From positions 160,001-224,000 of the forward strand of contig JBHLOY010000004.1 of assembly GCA_048939995.1 (NCBI GenBank): a stretch of DNA of 64,000 nt, read 5' to 3'. The position numbers and the translations under genes were made by a program. Each line of letters opens with the position of its first letter. Positions within the stretch are counted from its first letter, which is position 1. Source of the stretch: Promethearchaeota archaeon (GTDB lineage: Archaea > Asgardarchaeota > Lokiarchaeia > Sigyniarchaeales > SOKP01). The notes below the pieces were generated by a model. That model made no database searches and was not told the origin of the DNA. It saw nothing but the letters and a program-made list of their open reading frames with translations. Shown piece after piece: positions 27,912-36,910 of the stretch.

Positions 27912-29801
27912 ATAGTTTGGAATAGAAAAATCGCTTATATTAATCTATCTACTGGAGAAATTAATACAAAAAATATTCCAAGATCAATTCGGAAAAAGTA
28001 TTTAGGCGGTAGGGGTATAAATATGTACCTACTTTATAATCATCTTTTACCTGGCATTGACCCCTTAAGTCCTGAAAATGTCTTACTTGTAGGTACTGGT
28101 TTACTTACAGGAATTCCTGCGCTAGGGAGTGGGAGATGTGATATTTCAGCGAAATCGCCATTAACTGGTGCTATTGGTGATTCCAATATAGGAGGTTTTT
28201 TTGCCCCTGAAATGAGAATGGCCGGATTTGACCATCTTGTTATTACTGGAAAAGCTGAGAAGCCTAGTTATCTTTTCATTAATGATGAGAATATAGAAAT
28301 ACGAGATGCCAGTAATATTTGGGGTAAAAATACATTTGAAACACAAGGTTTAATACGTTCAAAAAATGGAGATGAGGAGATTAAATCGTTAGTAATAGGT
28401 AAAGCAGGTGAAAATCTTGTACGCTTTGCTAATGTGAGAACAGGAATGAAAAATTCTGCGGGACGAACTGGTATGGGGTGTGTTATGGGTTCCAAAAATC
28501 TTAAAGCTATTTCAGCTCGTGGAACATTGGATATTGAATTTACTTACCCCGATGAGTTGTTAGAGTATTGCAGAGATATTATCGAGATGGTTATGAAGAA
28601 TCGATACTCTCGAGCAGCTTCCAAATGGGGAACTCTCGTTATATATAGCACAACTAATACAACTGGATTAATTAGAACCAAAAATTTTCAATTAAACCAA
28701 TTAGAAAAAGGATGGGATATTGAACCCGAAGAGATGGATAAATACACCATAGGTATGTCTGGTTGTTATGGTTGTCCTGTTAGCTGTAGACACCGTTATA
28801 TATTGAAAGAGGGAGCTTTTGCTCCCATTTTTGCAGAAGGTCCGGAATATACCTCTCTTGGGGCATTTGGTACTATGGTCGATTGCAAAAAGATGGAGAC
28901 AATTCTTATAGCAAATCATCTTGTTAACAAATATGGTTTGGATACTTTAGAAACAGGGGGCCTTATTGCTTGGGCGATGGAACTTTATGAGAAAGGCATA
29001 ATAAATGAAAAAGTTACCGAGGGCTTAAAACTCGAATGGGGTAATGAAGAAGTACTTTATGAATTGATTAAAAAAATTACTTATCGCGAAGGTTTTGGTA
29101 ATATTTTGGCAGATGGATTTAAGAGCGCAATAACGAAAATAGGTAAAGAATCTGAGTATTATGCAATTGAAGTAAAAGGGATGAGTAATTTACACTCAGA
29201 TGAACGTCCCACACCCAGTCTAGCCTTGGGGATCACTACATCGACGAGAGGAGCTGATCATCTAAGAGGACGTCCAGCTATCGATCTCTATGGATTGCCA
29301 GAAGATTTTCTGGAAGAAATTTATGGAGGTAAGATGTCTTCTGATTATAGATCATATGTAGGTAAGAGTCGTATGGTTTGGTGGCAAGAGCTCTTATACG
29401 CAGTAACTGATTCACTTGGTACTTGTAAATTTCAAACGGTTTTTCTGGCTGTTCATGCTCCAAAATGGGAAGAATTCTCAAGATTGATTAAACTAGCTAC
29501 GGGGATGGAGTTTTCTGTTTCTGAACTTATGGAAATTGGTGAAAGAATTTACACAATTGAAAGATTATTCAATAATCGGGAAGGCTTTTCACGCAAAGAT
29601 GATATCTTGCCAGATAGATATTTTAAAGAAGCAACTCCTATAGGGCTTCCGCGAGTGCAGGGCTTAAAGATAGATTATGATAAATTTCAAAACATGTTAG
29701 ATGATTATTATATCCTTCATGGATGGGATACTGAGGGAGTTCCAACCCAAGAAACACTAGAGAAACTCGAATTAGAGAAAGAACCAACTCACATAATATA
29801 G
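27912..29801 (+). CDS. aor: tungsten/molybdenum aldehyde:ferredoxin oxidoreductase (AOR family); start extended upstream of the ORF-track ATG
   Basis: in-frame extension VWNRKIAYINLSTGEI...YLGGRG; KSPLTG, AGRTGMG, GSKNLKA, CYGCPVSC, GPEY, RGADH. Confidence 0.9.
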   Translation: MVWNRKIAYINLSTGEINTKNIPRSIRKKYLGGRGINMYLLYNHLLPGIDPLSPENVLLVGTGLLTGIPALGSGRCDISAKSPLTGAIGDSNIGGFFAPEMRMAGFDHLVITGKAEKPSYLFINDENIEIRDASNIWGKNTFETQGLIRSKNGDEEIKSLVIGKAGENLVRFANVRTGMKNSAGRTGMGCVMGSKNLKAISARGTLDIEFTYPDELLEYCRDIIEMVMKNRYSRAASKWGTLVIYSTTNTTGLIRTKNFQLNQLEKGWDIEPEEMDKYTIGMSGCYGCPVSCRHRYILKEGAFAPIFAEGPEYTSLGAFGTMVDCKKMETILIANHLVNKYGLDTLETGGLIAWAMELYEKGIINEKVTEGLKLEWGNEEVLYELIKKITYREGFGNILADGFKSAITKIGKESEYYAIEVKGMSNLHSDERPTPSLALGITTSTRGADHLRGRPAIDLYGLPEDFLEEIYGGKMSSDYRSYVGKSRMVWWQELLYAVTDSLGTCKFQTVFLAVHAPKWEEFSRLIKLATGMEFSVSELMEIGERIYTIERLFNNREGFSRKDDILPDRYFKEATPIGLPRVQGLKIDYDKFQNMLDDYYILHGWDTEGVPTQETLEKLELEKEPTHII

Positions 29802-29816
29802 TAAAGAGGGATTAAC

Positions 29817-30305
29817 ATGGCAAAGATTTTGTTTGTTGATACAGAAAAATGCACAGGATGCCGATTGTGTGAGAATGTGTGTTCAATTTCCCATGAAAAA
29901 GTAAGTAATCCAAATAGAGCAAGAATCCATATCGTAAAATGGGAAAATGCTGGATTATACATCCCAATGGTCTGTCAGCAATGTGAAACACCTATTTGTG
30001 AAACAGTTTGTCCTATGAGTGCAATAAGCAGAGATCAAAAAACAGGAGCTATGCTTATCAATGAAGACTTATGCGTAGGGTGTAAAATGTGTGTTATGTT
30101 TTGTCCATTGGGGGGCGTTGGAATAGATAAAAGTAGAAAAATATTGAAATGTGACCTTTGTGAAGGAGATCCAATCTGTGTAAAGTTTTGTATTCCTGGA
30201 GCACTTCAATATTTAGATGCAAACGCACTTAATTTACAAAAAAGAAGAGTAGCAGCAGAAAAATTATCAGAATTAATGAAGAAATTATTAGATATATCAA
30301 TTTAA
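29817..30305 (+). CDS. 4x[4Fe-4S] electron-transfer subunit (DmsB/HydN-like) of the AOR
   Basis: four Cys clusters (CTGCRLC..C, CQQC..C..CP, CVGCKMC..CP, CDLC..C..C). Confidence 0.9.
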   Translation: MAKILFVDTEKCTGCRLCENVCSISHEKVSNPNRARIHIVKWENAGLYIPMVCQQCETPICETVCPMSAISRDQKTGAMLINEDLCVGCKMCVMFCPLGGVGIDKSRKILKCDLCEGDPICVKFCIPGALQYLDANALNLQKRRVAAEKLSELMKKLLDISI

Positions 30306-30329
30306 AATTAATTTTAAAGAAGATTAATT

Positions 30330-31280
30330 ATGGAGAAAACTTTTAAATTTGGAATTATTGGTATAGGTCCAACAGGAGGAATTTTAGCAGCACATCTTGC
30401 CAAAGCAGGCCATAATGTGGTATTAGTTGATGTCTATAAGAGCCATATGGATATGATTAAAAAAAAGGGATTGACCATAACTAATCTAAAAGAATTTAAT
30501 GCAAAATACTCCGAAGAAAATATTTGTTATTCAATAGACGAACTTCATAATAAAGAAGTAGATACTTTATTTATTGCTGTAAAAGCATCTCGTTTAAATG
30601 AGATCTTACCTCAAATTAAAAGTATTGTAAAACCAACCACTACTTTAATTAGTCTGCAGAATGGATTTGACACAGAAGAACTTATAGCAAAATACGGAGG
30701 TGTAGAAAACACAATTCGAGTAGTTGTTAATTATGCTGGAAACTTAATAGAAGAAGGTGTTATTAGGATGTCTTTCTTCAACCCTCCAAATTATATCGGC
30801 GTTTTATCCACTCAAGCTGAAAATAAGGCTAAAAAACTAGCTGAAATCATCACTTCAGCTGGATTAGATACCAAATTTACTCCAGATATAAAAAAGTACG
30901 AATGGAAGAAATGCATATTGAATTGTATTAGTCCTGTATGTGTCACGACTCGTACAACCATGAAACAAACCATGGGATTTAGTGACACGAGAGATCTTTG
31001 TAGAGAAATATTACGCGAATGTATTGAGGTTGCTAAAGCACGAGGTATTAATTACGAACCAGACTTTTTAGATAAAGCCATGGAATATTTGGATAAAGCA
31101 GGACATCACAGAGTCTCGATGGAGGCAGATATAGATGCTGGAAACCCTTCTGAAATTGATTTTCTTAATGGGAAAATAGTTGAGTATGGAAAGCTTGAAG
31201 GTATTTCTACACCATATAATAAGATCTTTGTCTCTCTAATTAAAGGATGTGAGCTCCCTCCGATCAATCATGAAAGATGA
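30330..31280 (+). CDS. PanE/ApbA-family 2-oxoacid (ketopantoate-like) reductase
   Basis: GIGPTGG, AVKA, LQNG, WKKCILN, SMEAD..SEIDFLNG. Confidence 0.85.
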   Translation: MEKTFKFGIIGIGPTGGILAAHLAKAGHNVVLVDVYKSHMDMIKKKGLTITNLKEFNAKYSEENICYSIDELHNKEVDTLFIAVKASRLNEILPQIKSIVKPTTTLISLQNGFDTEELIAKYGGVENTIRVVVNYAGNLIEEGVIRMSFFNPPNYIGVLSTQAENKAKKLAEIITSAGLDTKFTPDIKKYEWKKCILNCISPVCVTTRTTMKQTMGFSDTRDLCREILRECIEVAKARGINYEPDFLDKAMEYLDKAGHHRVSMEADIDAGNPSEIDFLNGKIVEYGKLEGISTPYNKIFVSLIKGCELPPINHER

Positions 31281-32064
31281 ATATTATTTTGTTGGTATAG
31301 ATGCAGGAACTTCATATACTAAAGCAGTGCTGATAAATATCAAAATGGAGTTGCTAAGCTTTTTTGTTAGACGAACTGGTATTTCTATTGAAGCTTCAAG
31401 TAGTGCTGCGTTTAAAGCGATTCTTTCTAGTGCATCATTATCAAAAATTGATATAAACCATATTACTGCTACAGGATATGGGAAAAGTAAGGTTGATTTT
31501 GCCAATACTTACAAGACTGAAATTAGCTGTCATGCAAAAGGTGCATATCATTATTTTCCCAAGGAGATAACAATTATCGATATAGGAGGACAAGATACTA
31601 AAGTAATCAAACTTGATAATAAAGGCAAGATAATTAGATTTAAAATGAACAGAAAATGTGCTGCAGGAACAGGTGCATTTATCGAGGAGATTGCCCATCA
31701 ACTCGATATTCCACTCACAGAATTAAATAATCTAGCAGCAAAATCTGCTTCAAATGCTCCTCTTGCAAGTTATTGTACAGTTTTTGCTAAAACAGAGATT
31801 CTTTCTCGCATAAAACAAGGGGAGAAAGTTGAAGACTTGCTAAAAAGTGTATTTGGCTCTGTAATTAAAAGAATCATTGAGATGGCCGAACTAGAAGGTA
31901 CGATTGTACTTACTGGTGGAGTAATTGCTCATAATAAAATTATTGGTGAAATATTAAAAAATGAGATTAAATTAAATATTTTAATTCCTCCAAACCCTCA
32001 GTTTATAGGAGCTTTAGGAGCTGCACTGTTTTCTAGACAATATTTTAATTTAAATTTAGAATAA
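31270..32064 (+). CDS. HgdC/FldI/HadI-type ATP-dependent dehydratase activator
   Basis: GIDAGTS, TGYG, EISCHAKG, DIGGQD, MNRKCAAGTG, CTVFA; ATG overlapping the panE-like stop preferred over 31249. Confidence 0.9.
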   Translation: MKDEYYFVGIDAGTSYTKAVLINIKMELLSFFVRRTGISIEASSSAAFKAILSSASLSKIDINHITATGYGKSKVDFANTYKTEISCHAKGAYHYFPKEITIIDIGGQDTKVIKLDNKGKIIRFKMNRKCAAGTGAFIEEIAHQLDIPLTELNNLAAKSASNAPLASYCTVFAKTEILSRIKQGEKVEDLLKSVFGSVIKRIIEMAELEGTIVLTGGVIAHNKIIGEILKNEIKLNILIPPNPQFIGALGAALFSRQYFNLNLE

Positions 32065-32080
32065 GAAAAAAGAAAAAAGT

Positions 32081-32599
32081 TTAACTTATTAATTTTTGGC
32101 GTTCTTGTCTAGCTTTTTTTGTGTTTTTATTCGTAACATAAAATCCAATAAAGTATGCAATCAAAATAAGAATGAATAAGGATAATGCTGCTAAATAATA
32201 ATATCGTCCTAGTTCACCAATCATGTCCATAATAATCCATTTGAGTAACCATGACGCTAATCCTCCAACTGTCATAAAAATGATGTCAAATAAGGCATTG
32301 CTGAAAGAGTCTCTTCTGTTTTCATATTTTAATCCTAATTTCCATAGAATTGTATTCTCAATAATTTCCCATCCTATTGCAACTATAATAACAAAAATCA
32401 GTAGATAATACCAAGGCATAGTCGCAGGTCCTACAAAATACTCCCATAGATTTATAATCAATGAAAAAATAGTAAAACTAGCAATTCCGAAGGCAATATG
32501 ACCCCAACTATAATAATCTAAAGGAGAACGTCCAACGTAATCTTCTAAAAGTCCCAAGAAAGGGACATAATATTCTTTATCAGAGTTTTGACTTGACAT
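32081..32599 (-). CDS. membrane protein with H..WE..E..D motif (DUF2585/VanZ-like)
   Basis: DYYSWGH, WEIIEN, DS..N..FD; about 4 TM. Confidence 0.65.
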   Translation of the reverse strand: MSSQNSDKEYYVPFLGLLEDYVGRSPLDYYSWGHIAFGIASFTIFSLIINLWEYFVGPATMPWYYLLIFVIIVAIGWEIIENTILWKLGLKYENRRDSFSNALFDIIFMTVGGLASWLLKWIIMDMIGELGRYYYLAALSLFILILIAYFIGFYVTNKNTKKARQERQKLIS

Positions 32600-32773
32600 G
32601 TCAAATCACATTAAGATTTATATATTCTGAAGAAATTAAACATAAATACTACATCTCTTACCAATTAATAAATTTAAGTGGTTTTTATTTGAAAAAATGC
32701 AATCTAGTTTTCGTGAATTAGTTTAGATAGTACATGAAATGAGTCAATCTTAAAAATAGATGGGTTATAGTTC

Positions 32774-32820
32774 ATTAAAACACATATTAAGTAAACTATT
32801 AGAGTAATAGGTGTTTTAAT
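32774..32820. other. intergenic hairpin
   Basis: ATTAAAACAC-ATATTA ... TAATAG-GTGTTTTAAT, 16-bp stem with one mismatch. Confidence 0.35.
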
Positions 32821-33470
32821 TGTAATTAGAAATGCATTAAGATTATTTCTATAAATGAATTATTACGAATTTAATAGAATGGGATTTATGGTAAACTACA
32901 CTAGAGATTTGACAGTTATGCTAAGAGTTTTTGCTTATTAAGTTCTTAATAAAATGTTATTTTGAATGGGTCAGTAACTTCAGTATTGAAAATTTGTGCG
33001 TAAATTGGGTTTGTATATTTAAAAAAAATTGCACTATGTCCTATGAATTATGAGAAAAATTTTTTTTTTTTATTAAAATTATGAACCAACTTAGCTTTTC
33101 TATAGAGAAATAGGAGCATGGTTCTAAATTAGTGGATATAGTATTTCAAATATATTTGTAAAATGTAAATTTATCGAATATTTAAACAGAACGTTTATTA
33201 AATCGACGAAAACTTTTTATAGTTGGGTCACTATTGTGAATATTGTAGAAAAAAAGTTTTTTCTATCAATGTAGTGGAATGTCAAATTTTGGCCATAATT
33301 ATTCCTCCACGAATTCGGCTTAAAATATCATTCCATTACAACTTTTTTTCTTCTTTTGAATTGCTCATTTACCATTATATTGATTTAAAGAAATATTTCC
33401 TTTAACTTTAAATTAACAATTAAATCTAATGGCAGATTTATGGTAAATCTTAGAACATAAAAATATGATT

Positions 33471-34667
33471 TTATTCTTCAATTCCTGTTTTTTTAATTTC
33501 ATCTATAAGGATAGGTATAAATTTGTGTAAATCAGCTACAATTCCATAATGAGCAACATTGAAGATGGGAGCATTGGGATCCTTATTGATGGCAACTATT
33601 ATTTCAGAATTTTGCATTCCGACTAAATGTTGAATTGCTCCAGAAACTCCACAGGCTATATACAATTTTGGGGAGACGGTTTTACCTGTTTGTCCAATTT
33701 GTCTATCTTGCTCTAACCAGTTTAATTCAATGGTTACTCTGGATCCACCTAATTCGGCACCTAATTCTCTAGCTAAATCCTCAATTAATTTGAACCCTTC
33801 TTTTGATCCAACTCCTCTTCCACCTGCTACTATAATGTCAGCATCCTCTAAATTCACTTGTTTTCTCTCCATATTAATTATTTTTACAATTTTAGAAACA
33901 GAATCCTTTTCTTTATATTCCTTTTCAATAATTTTAACATTTACTTGTTTTGGATGATCTTTGTTAATTTTGAAAATACCTGGTCTCACTGTTGCCATTT
34001 GAGGTCTACTCGTTGGAGTTCTAATGGTAGCCATTATGTTTCCACCAAAAGTAGGTCGAGTTTGCATTAAGTTTCTAGTCTTTTTTTCAATATCTAGACC
34101 AGTACAATCTGCTGTTAATCCTGCATTTAATCTTTTCGCAACTCTTGGTGCAAAATCTCTTCCTGTTGGAGTGGCACCAATTAATACAATTTCTGGTTTA
34201 TATTCTTTAATTAATTCTGTTATAATATTAACATATAAATCTGAATAATAATCTTTTAGTATAGGTGACTTTACATAAATTACATCATCTGCCCCAAATT
34301 CACCAAATTTTTTTAATTCATTATCTAGCTTATCCCCCAATAAGATTAAAGTTAGTTTTACATCTAATATTCCTGCTAGTTCTTGCCCTTTACCTAAAAG
34401 TTGATAAGCTACTTTATTAATTTCTTGCTTAAAATGTTCGGCAATAACCCAAATCCCCCTATACTGACTTTTATCTACTTTATCAATATACTTTTCATGT
34501 TCTAAAGTAATAGCTTCGACTGAACAAGCATCCACACAAACTCCACATAAATTACAATCTTTTGTAATTACTGCTTTATTATTAATAACTTCAATCCCAC
34601 CATATGGGCATGAATTTACACAAGATTGGCACCCAGTGCATAATTCAGTATCAATTTTTATGCTCAT
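33471..34667 (-). CDS. etfA: ETF alpha subunit with N-terminal 2x[4Fe-4S] ferredoxin domain (CarE-like)
   Basis: CTGCQSC..CP, CNLCGVC..C; GLTADCT, RPTFGG, QIGQTG, GVSGAIQH. Confidence 0.93.
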   Translation of the reverse strand: MSIKIDTELCTGCQSCVNSCPYGGIEVINNKAVITKDCNLCGVCVDACSVEAITLEHEKYIDKVDKSQYRGIWVIAEHFKQEINKVAYQLLGKGQELAGILDVKLTLILLGDKLDNELKKFGEFGADDVIYVKSPILKDYYSDLYVNIITELIKEYKPEIVLIGATPTGRDFAPRVAKRLNAGLTADCTGLDIEKKTRNLMQTRPTFGGNIMATIRTPTSRPQMATVRPGIFKINKDHPKQVNVKIIEKEYKEKDSVSKIVKIINMERKQVNLEDADIIVAGGRGVGSKEGFKLIEDLARELGAELGGSRVTIELNWLEQDRQIGQTGKTVSPKLYIACGVSGAIQHLVGMQNSEIIVAINKDPNAPIFNVAHYGIVADLHKFIPILIDEIKKTGIEE

Positions 34668-34679
34668 TATATCTTCCTC

Positions 34680-35483
34680 TTATATCACTTTATCGTTCTT
34701 TAGATGCTTTATCAAATTTCTTGATATCTCCTCATGAGTGCCCCAAAGTTTTATATGTTCTCCTTTTCTTTCAGGGATGAATATCTTCCAGACTTCTGTC
34801 ATTGAACCATCTAGTCCAACCTCATTTTTATTAGCTTTTAAATCTTTAGCATTCCAAAAAATTATTTGCTTTTTTTGGTAGGCATCCACAATTCCCTTTA
34901 AACCCGGATTTCGTGGCGTATTGATATCCTTTAGTACTGATATCAAAGCGGGCAATTTTGTTTCAATTACTACCACTTCTTCTGGTCTAAAAGCTCTCTC
35001 TACAACTAATTTCTCTCCTTCTAATTGAAAATTTAATACGTATGTAATTTGAGGAATCTCCAGTTCTTCTGCTAATTCAGGACCAACTTGAGCAGTGTCT
35101 CCGTCAATTGCTTGAGTTCCACAAATTACTAAATATTTTTCGTCTCTTAATTCGAGTAATATTTTTTTAATTGCTAATGCTAAAGTATGAGAAGTTGCTA
35201 AAGTGTCGGCGCCAGCAAAAGTTCTATCAGTTAATAGATATGCTTTATCAGCACCCATAGATAAAGCTTCCCGTAAAGCCTGTTCTGCTTGTGGAGGTCC
35301 CATACTTATAGCTATTATTTCACTCCCATACTTTTCTCTTATTGTGAGGGCCAATTCAATGGCATGCTTATCATGTGGATTAACAATTGAAGGAATTCCA
35401 GAACGAACTAAGGTATTAGTTTTAGGATCTATTTTTACTTCTGAAACTCCGGGAACTTGCTTAATACAGACGAAGATTTTCAA
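34680..35483 (-). CDS. etfB: ETF beta subunit
   Basis: CIKQVP, NPHD, GADTLAT, QAIDGDTAQVG; TTG start. Confidence 0.93.
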   Translation of the reverse strand: MKIFVCIKQVPGVSEVKIDPKTNTLVRSGIPSIVNPHDKHAIELALTIREKYGSEIIAISMGPPQAEQALREALSMGADKAYLLTDRTFAGADTLATSHTLALAIKKILLELRDEKYLVICGTQAIDGDTAQVGPELAEELEIPQITYVLNFQLEGEKLVVERAFRPEEVVVIETKLPALISVLKDINTPRNPGLKGIVDAYQKKQIIFWNAKDLKANKNEVGLDGSMTEVWKIFIPERKGEHIKLWGTHEEISRNLIKHLKNDKVI

Positions 35484-35636
35484 AAATTATCACATAAAGA
35501 GCCTTTCTTACTAATATTAAATATTTAACCACATATAAACCGTATTTTTTCATTTAGATTCATTTTCTTACAAATATTTCAATAATTCTCTGTAACTGAC
35601 CATTATTTCGAATATAAAAAAATTATAAAAAAAGGA

Positions 35637-36803
35637 TCAAAATTTTGTTCTTAACATATGATTTGCGATCACCATTCTCTGGATTTCACTTGTTCCCTCA
35701 TAAATCTCACCCATTTTCGCGTCCCTAAACATCCTTTCAACTGGATAAGCTTTCATTAGCCCATATCCTCCATGAATTTGAACTGCTTGATGAGCTGCCA
35801 TCATACCTGCTTCAGACGCGACCAATTTAGCCATTGATGCTGTTAATCCATAATCCATCCCCTGATCGCACATCCATGCTGCTTTATAAGTCAATAGCCG
35901 AGAAGATTCTACAGCCGTACTTATATCAGCAATTTTCCATTGAATTCCTTGAAAATTAGCAATCTTTTGACCAAATTGTTCCCGTTCATTTGCATATTTA
36001 ACTGCGGCTTCTAAACAACCTTGAGCTAAACCAAGGCATTGAGCAGCAATAGTTATTCTTCCATAATCAAGTATCTGGAGTCCTAATTTAAATCCAGACC
36101 CTACTTGTCCTAAAATGTTTTCTTGAGGAACTCTAACATTATCAAATACCAATTCAGAGGTATTTGAAGCTCTCACTCCTAACTTATCCTCCTTAACTCC
36201 CACAGAATAACCTGGTGTATCAGTATCTACAATAAATATTGTTAATTCTTTTCTAGCTCCTTTTTCTCCGGTTTTAGCTACTACTAACAATGTCTCTGCA
36301 ATCCCTCCATTAGTAGCAAAAATCTTACTTCCATTAAGTATATATTCATCTTTGTCTTTTTCAGCAGTTAATTGTACTCCCCCCGCATCAGATCCAGCGT
36401 TTGCTTCAGTTAAACAAAAGGCACCAATCTTGTTCCCCTTTGCAAGATCAATAAGAAAATTTTGTCGTTGTTCTTCAGTTCCAAATATATAAACTGGGTA
36501 GGTACATACGCTACAATGAACTCCAGTTGTAATAGACCATGATGCGTCTACTCTACCTATTTCCTCAGTGATGATAGCAAAAGCTATCGTATCATTGTGT
36601 AGACCAGCACCACCATATTCTTCAGGGATACACGATCCAAAATAGTTCATTTCTTTCATTTTTTCCATAACATTAGGGTCCAATTCAGATTTTTGATCAG
36701 ATTCTTGAGCTACAGGAACAATATACTGTTCACAGAATTCTCTGGTCTTTTCTCTAATCATTTTCTGCTTCTCAGTTAACGAAAAATCCATATAAATCAT
36801 CAA
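35637..36803 (-). CDS. acyl-CoA dehydrogenase (Bcd/CarC-like)
   Basis: FCLTEANAGSD, LNGSKIF.TN, KLGVRAS, QIHGGYG, IYEGTSEIQR. Confidence 0.93.
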   Translation of the reverse strand: MMIYMDFSLTEKQKMIREKTREFCEQYIVPVAQESDQKSELDPNVMEKMKEMNYFGSCIPEEYGGAGLHNDTIAFAIITEEIGRVDASWSITTGVHCSVCTYPVYIFGTEEQRQNFLIDLAKGNKIGAFCLTEANAGSDAGGVQLTAEKDKDEYILNGSKIFATNGGIAETLLVVAKTGEKGARKELTIFIVDTDTPGYSVGVKEDKLGVRASNTSELVFDNVRVPQENILGQVGSGFKLGLQILDYGRITIAAQCLGLAQGCLEAAVKYANEREQFGQKIANFQGIQWKIADISTAVESSRLLTYKAAWMCDQGMDYGLTASMAKLVASEAGMMAAHQAVQIHGGYGLMKAYPVERMFRDAKMGEIYEGTSEIQRMVIANHMLRTKF

Positions 36804-36844
36804 TTTTTAGTTTTTTACATGTAATATTACTATCTAATTAAAAT

Positions 36845-36862
36845 ATTTTAAACGATTAAATA
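36845..36862. promoter_or_regulatory. near-palindromic operator candidate TATTTAA-ACGA-TTAAATA (copy 1)
   Basis: 17 bp identical to 42086-42102; upstream of acd-etfBA and the divergent MBL gene. Confidence 0.5.
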
Positions 36863-36910
36863 ATTAAATAAATTATTATAATTAAATCTGGTATATCCAT
36901 TATTTGAATT

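Noticed and set aside
27912-30305. AOR plus Fe-S pair as a class II benzoyl-CoA reductase (BamBC)
   Set aside because: It has the ordinary AOR GPEY and RGADH motifs and lacks the BamB-type Cys-ligand segment (MKCF) and His-rich insert; no bamDE-I genes are nearby.
32733-32776. SECIS-like hairpin (ATGA...AAAAA loop)
   Set aside because: No 3' GA of the kink-turn core, and no gene in the window has an in-frame TGA at a Cys position.
33223-33405. 60-aa plus-strand ORF with CEYC
   Set aside because: TTG start, no RBS, no matching second Cys pair, low-complexity composition; not supported.
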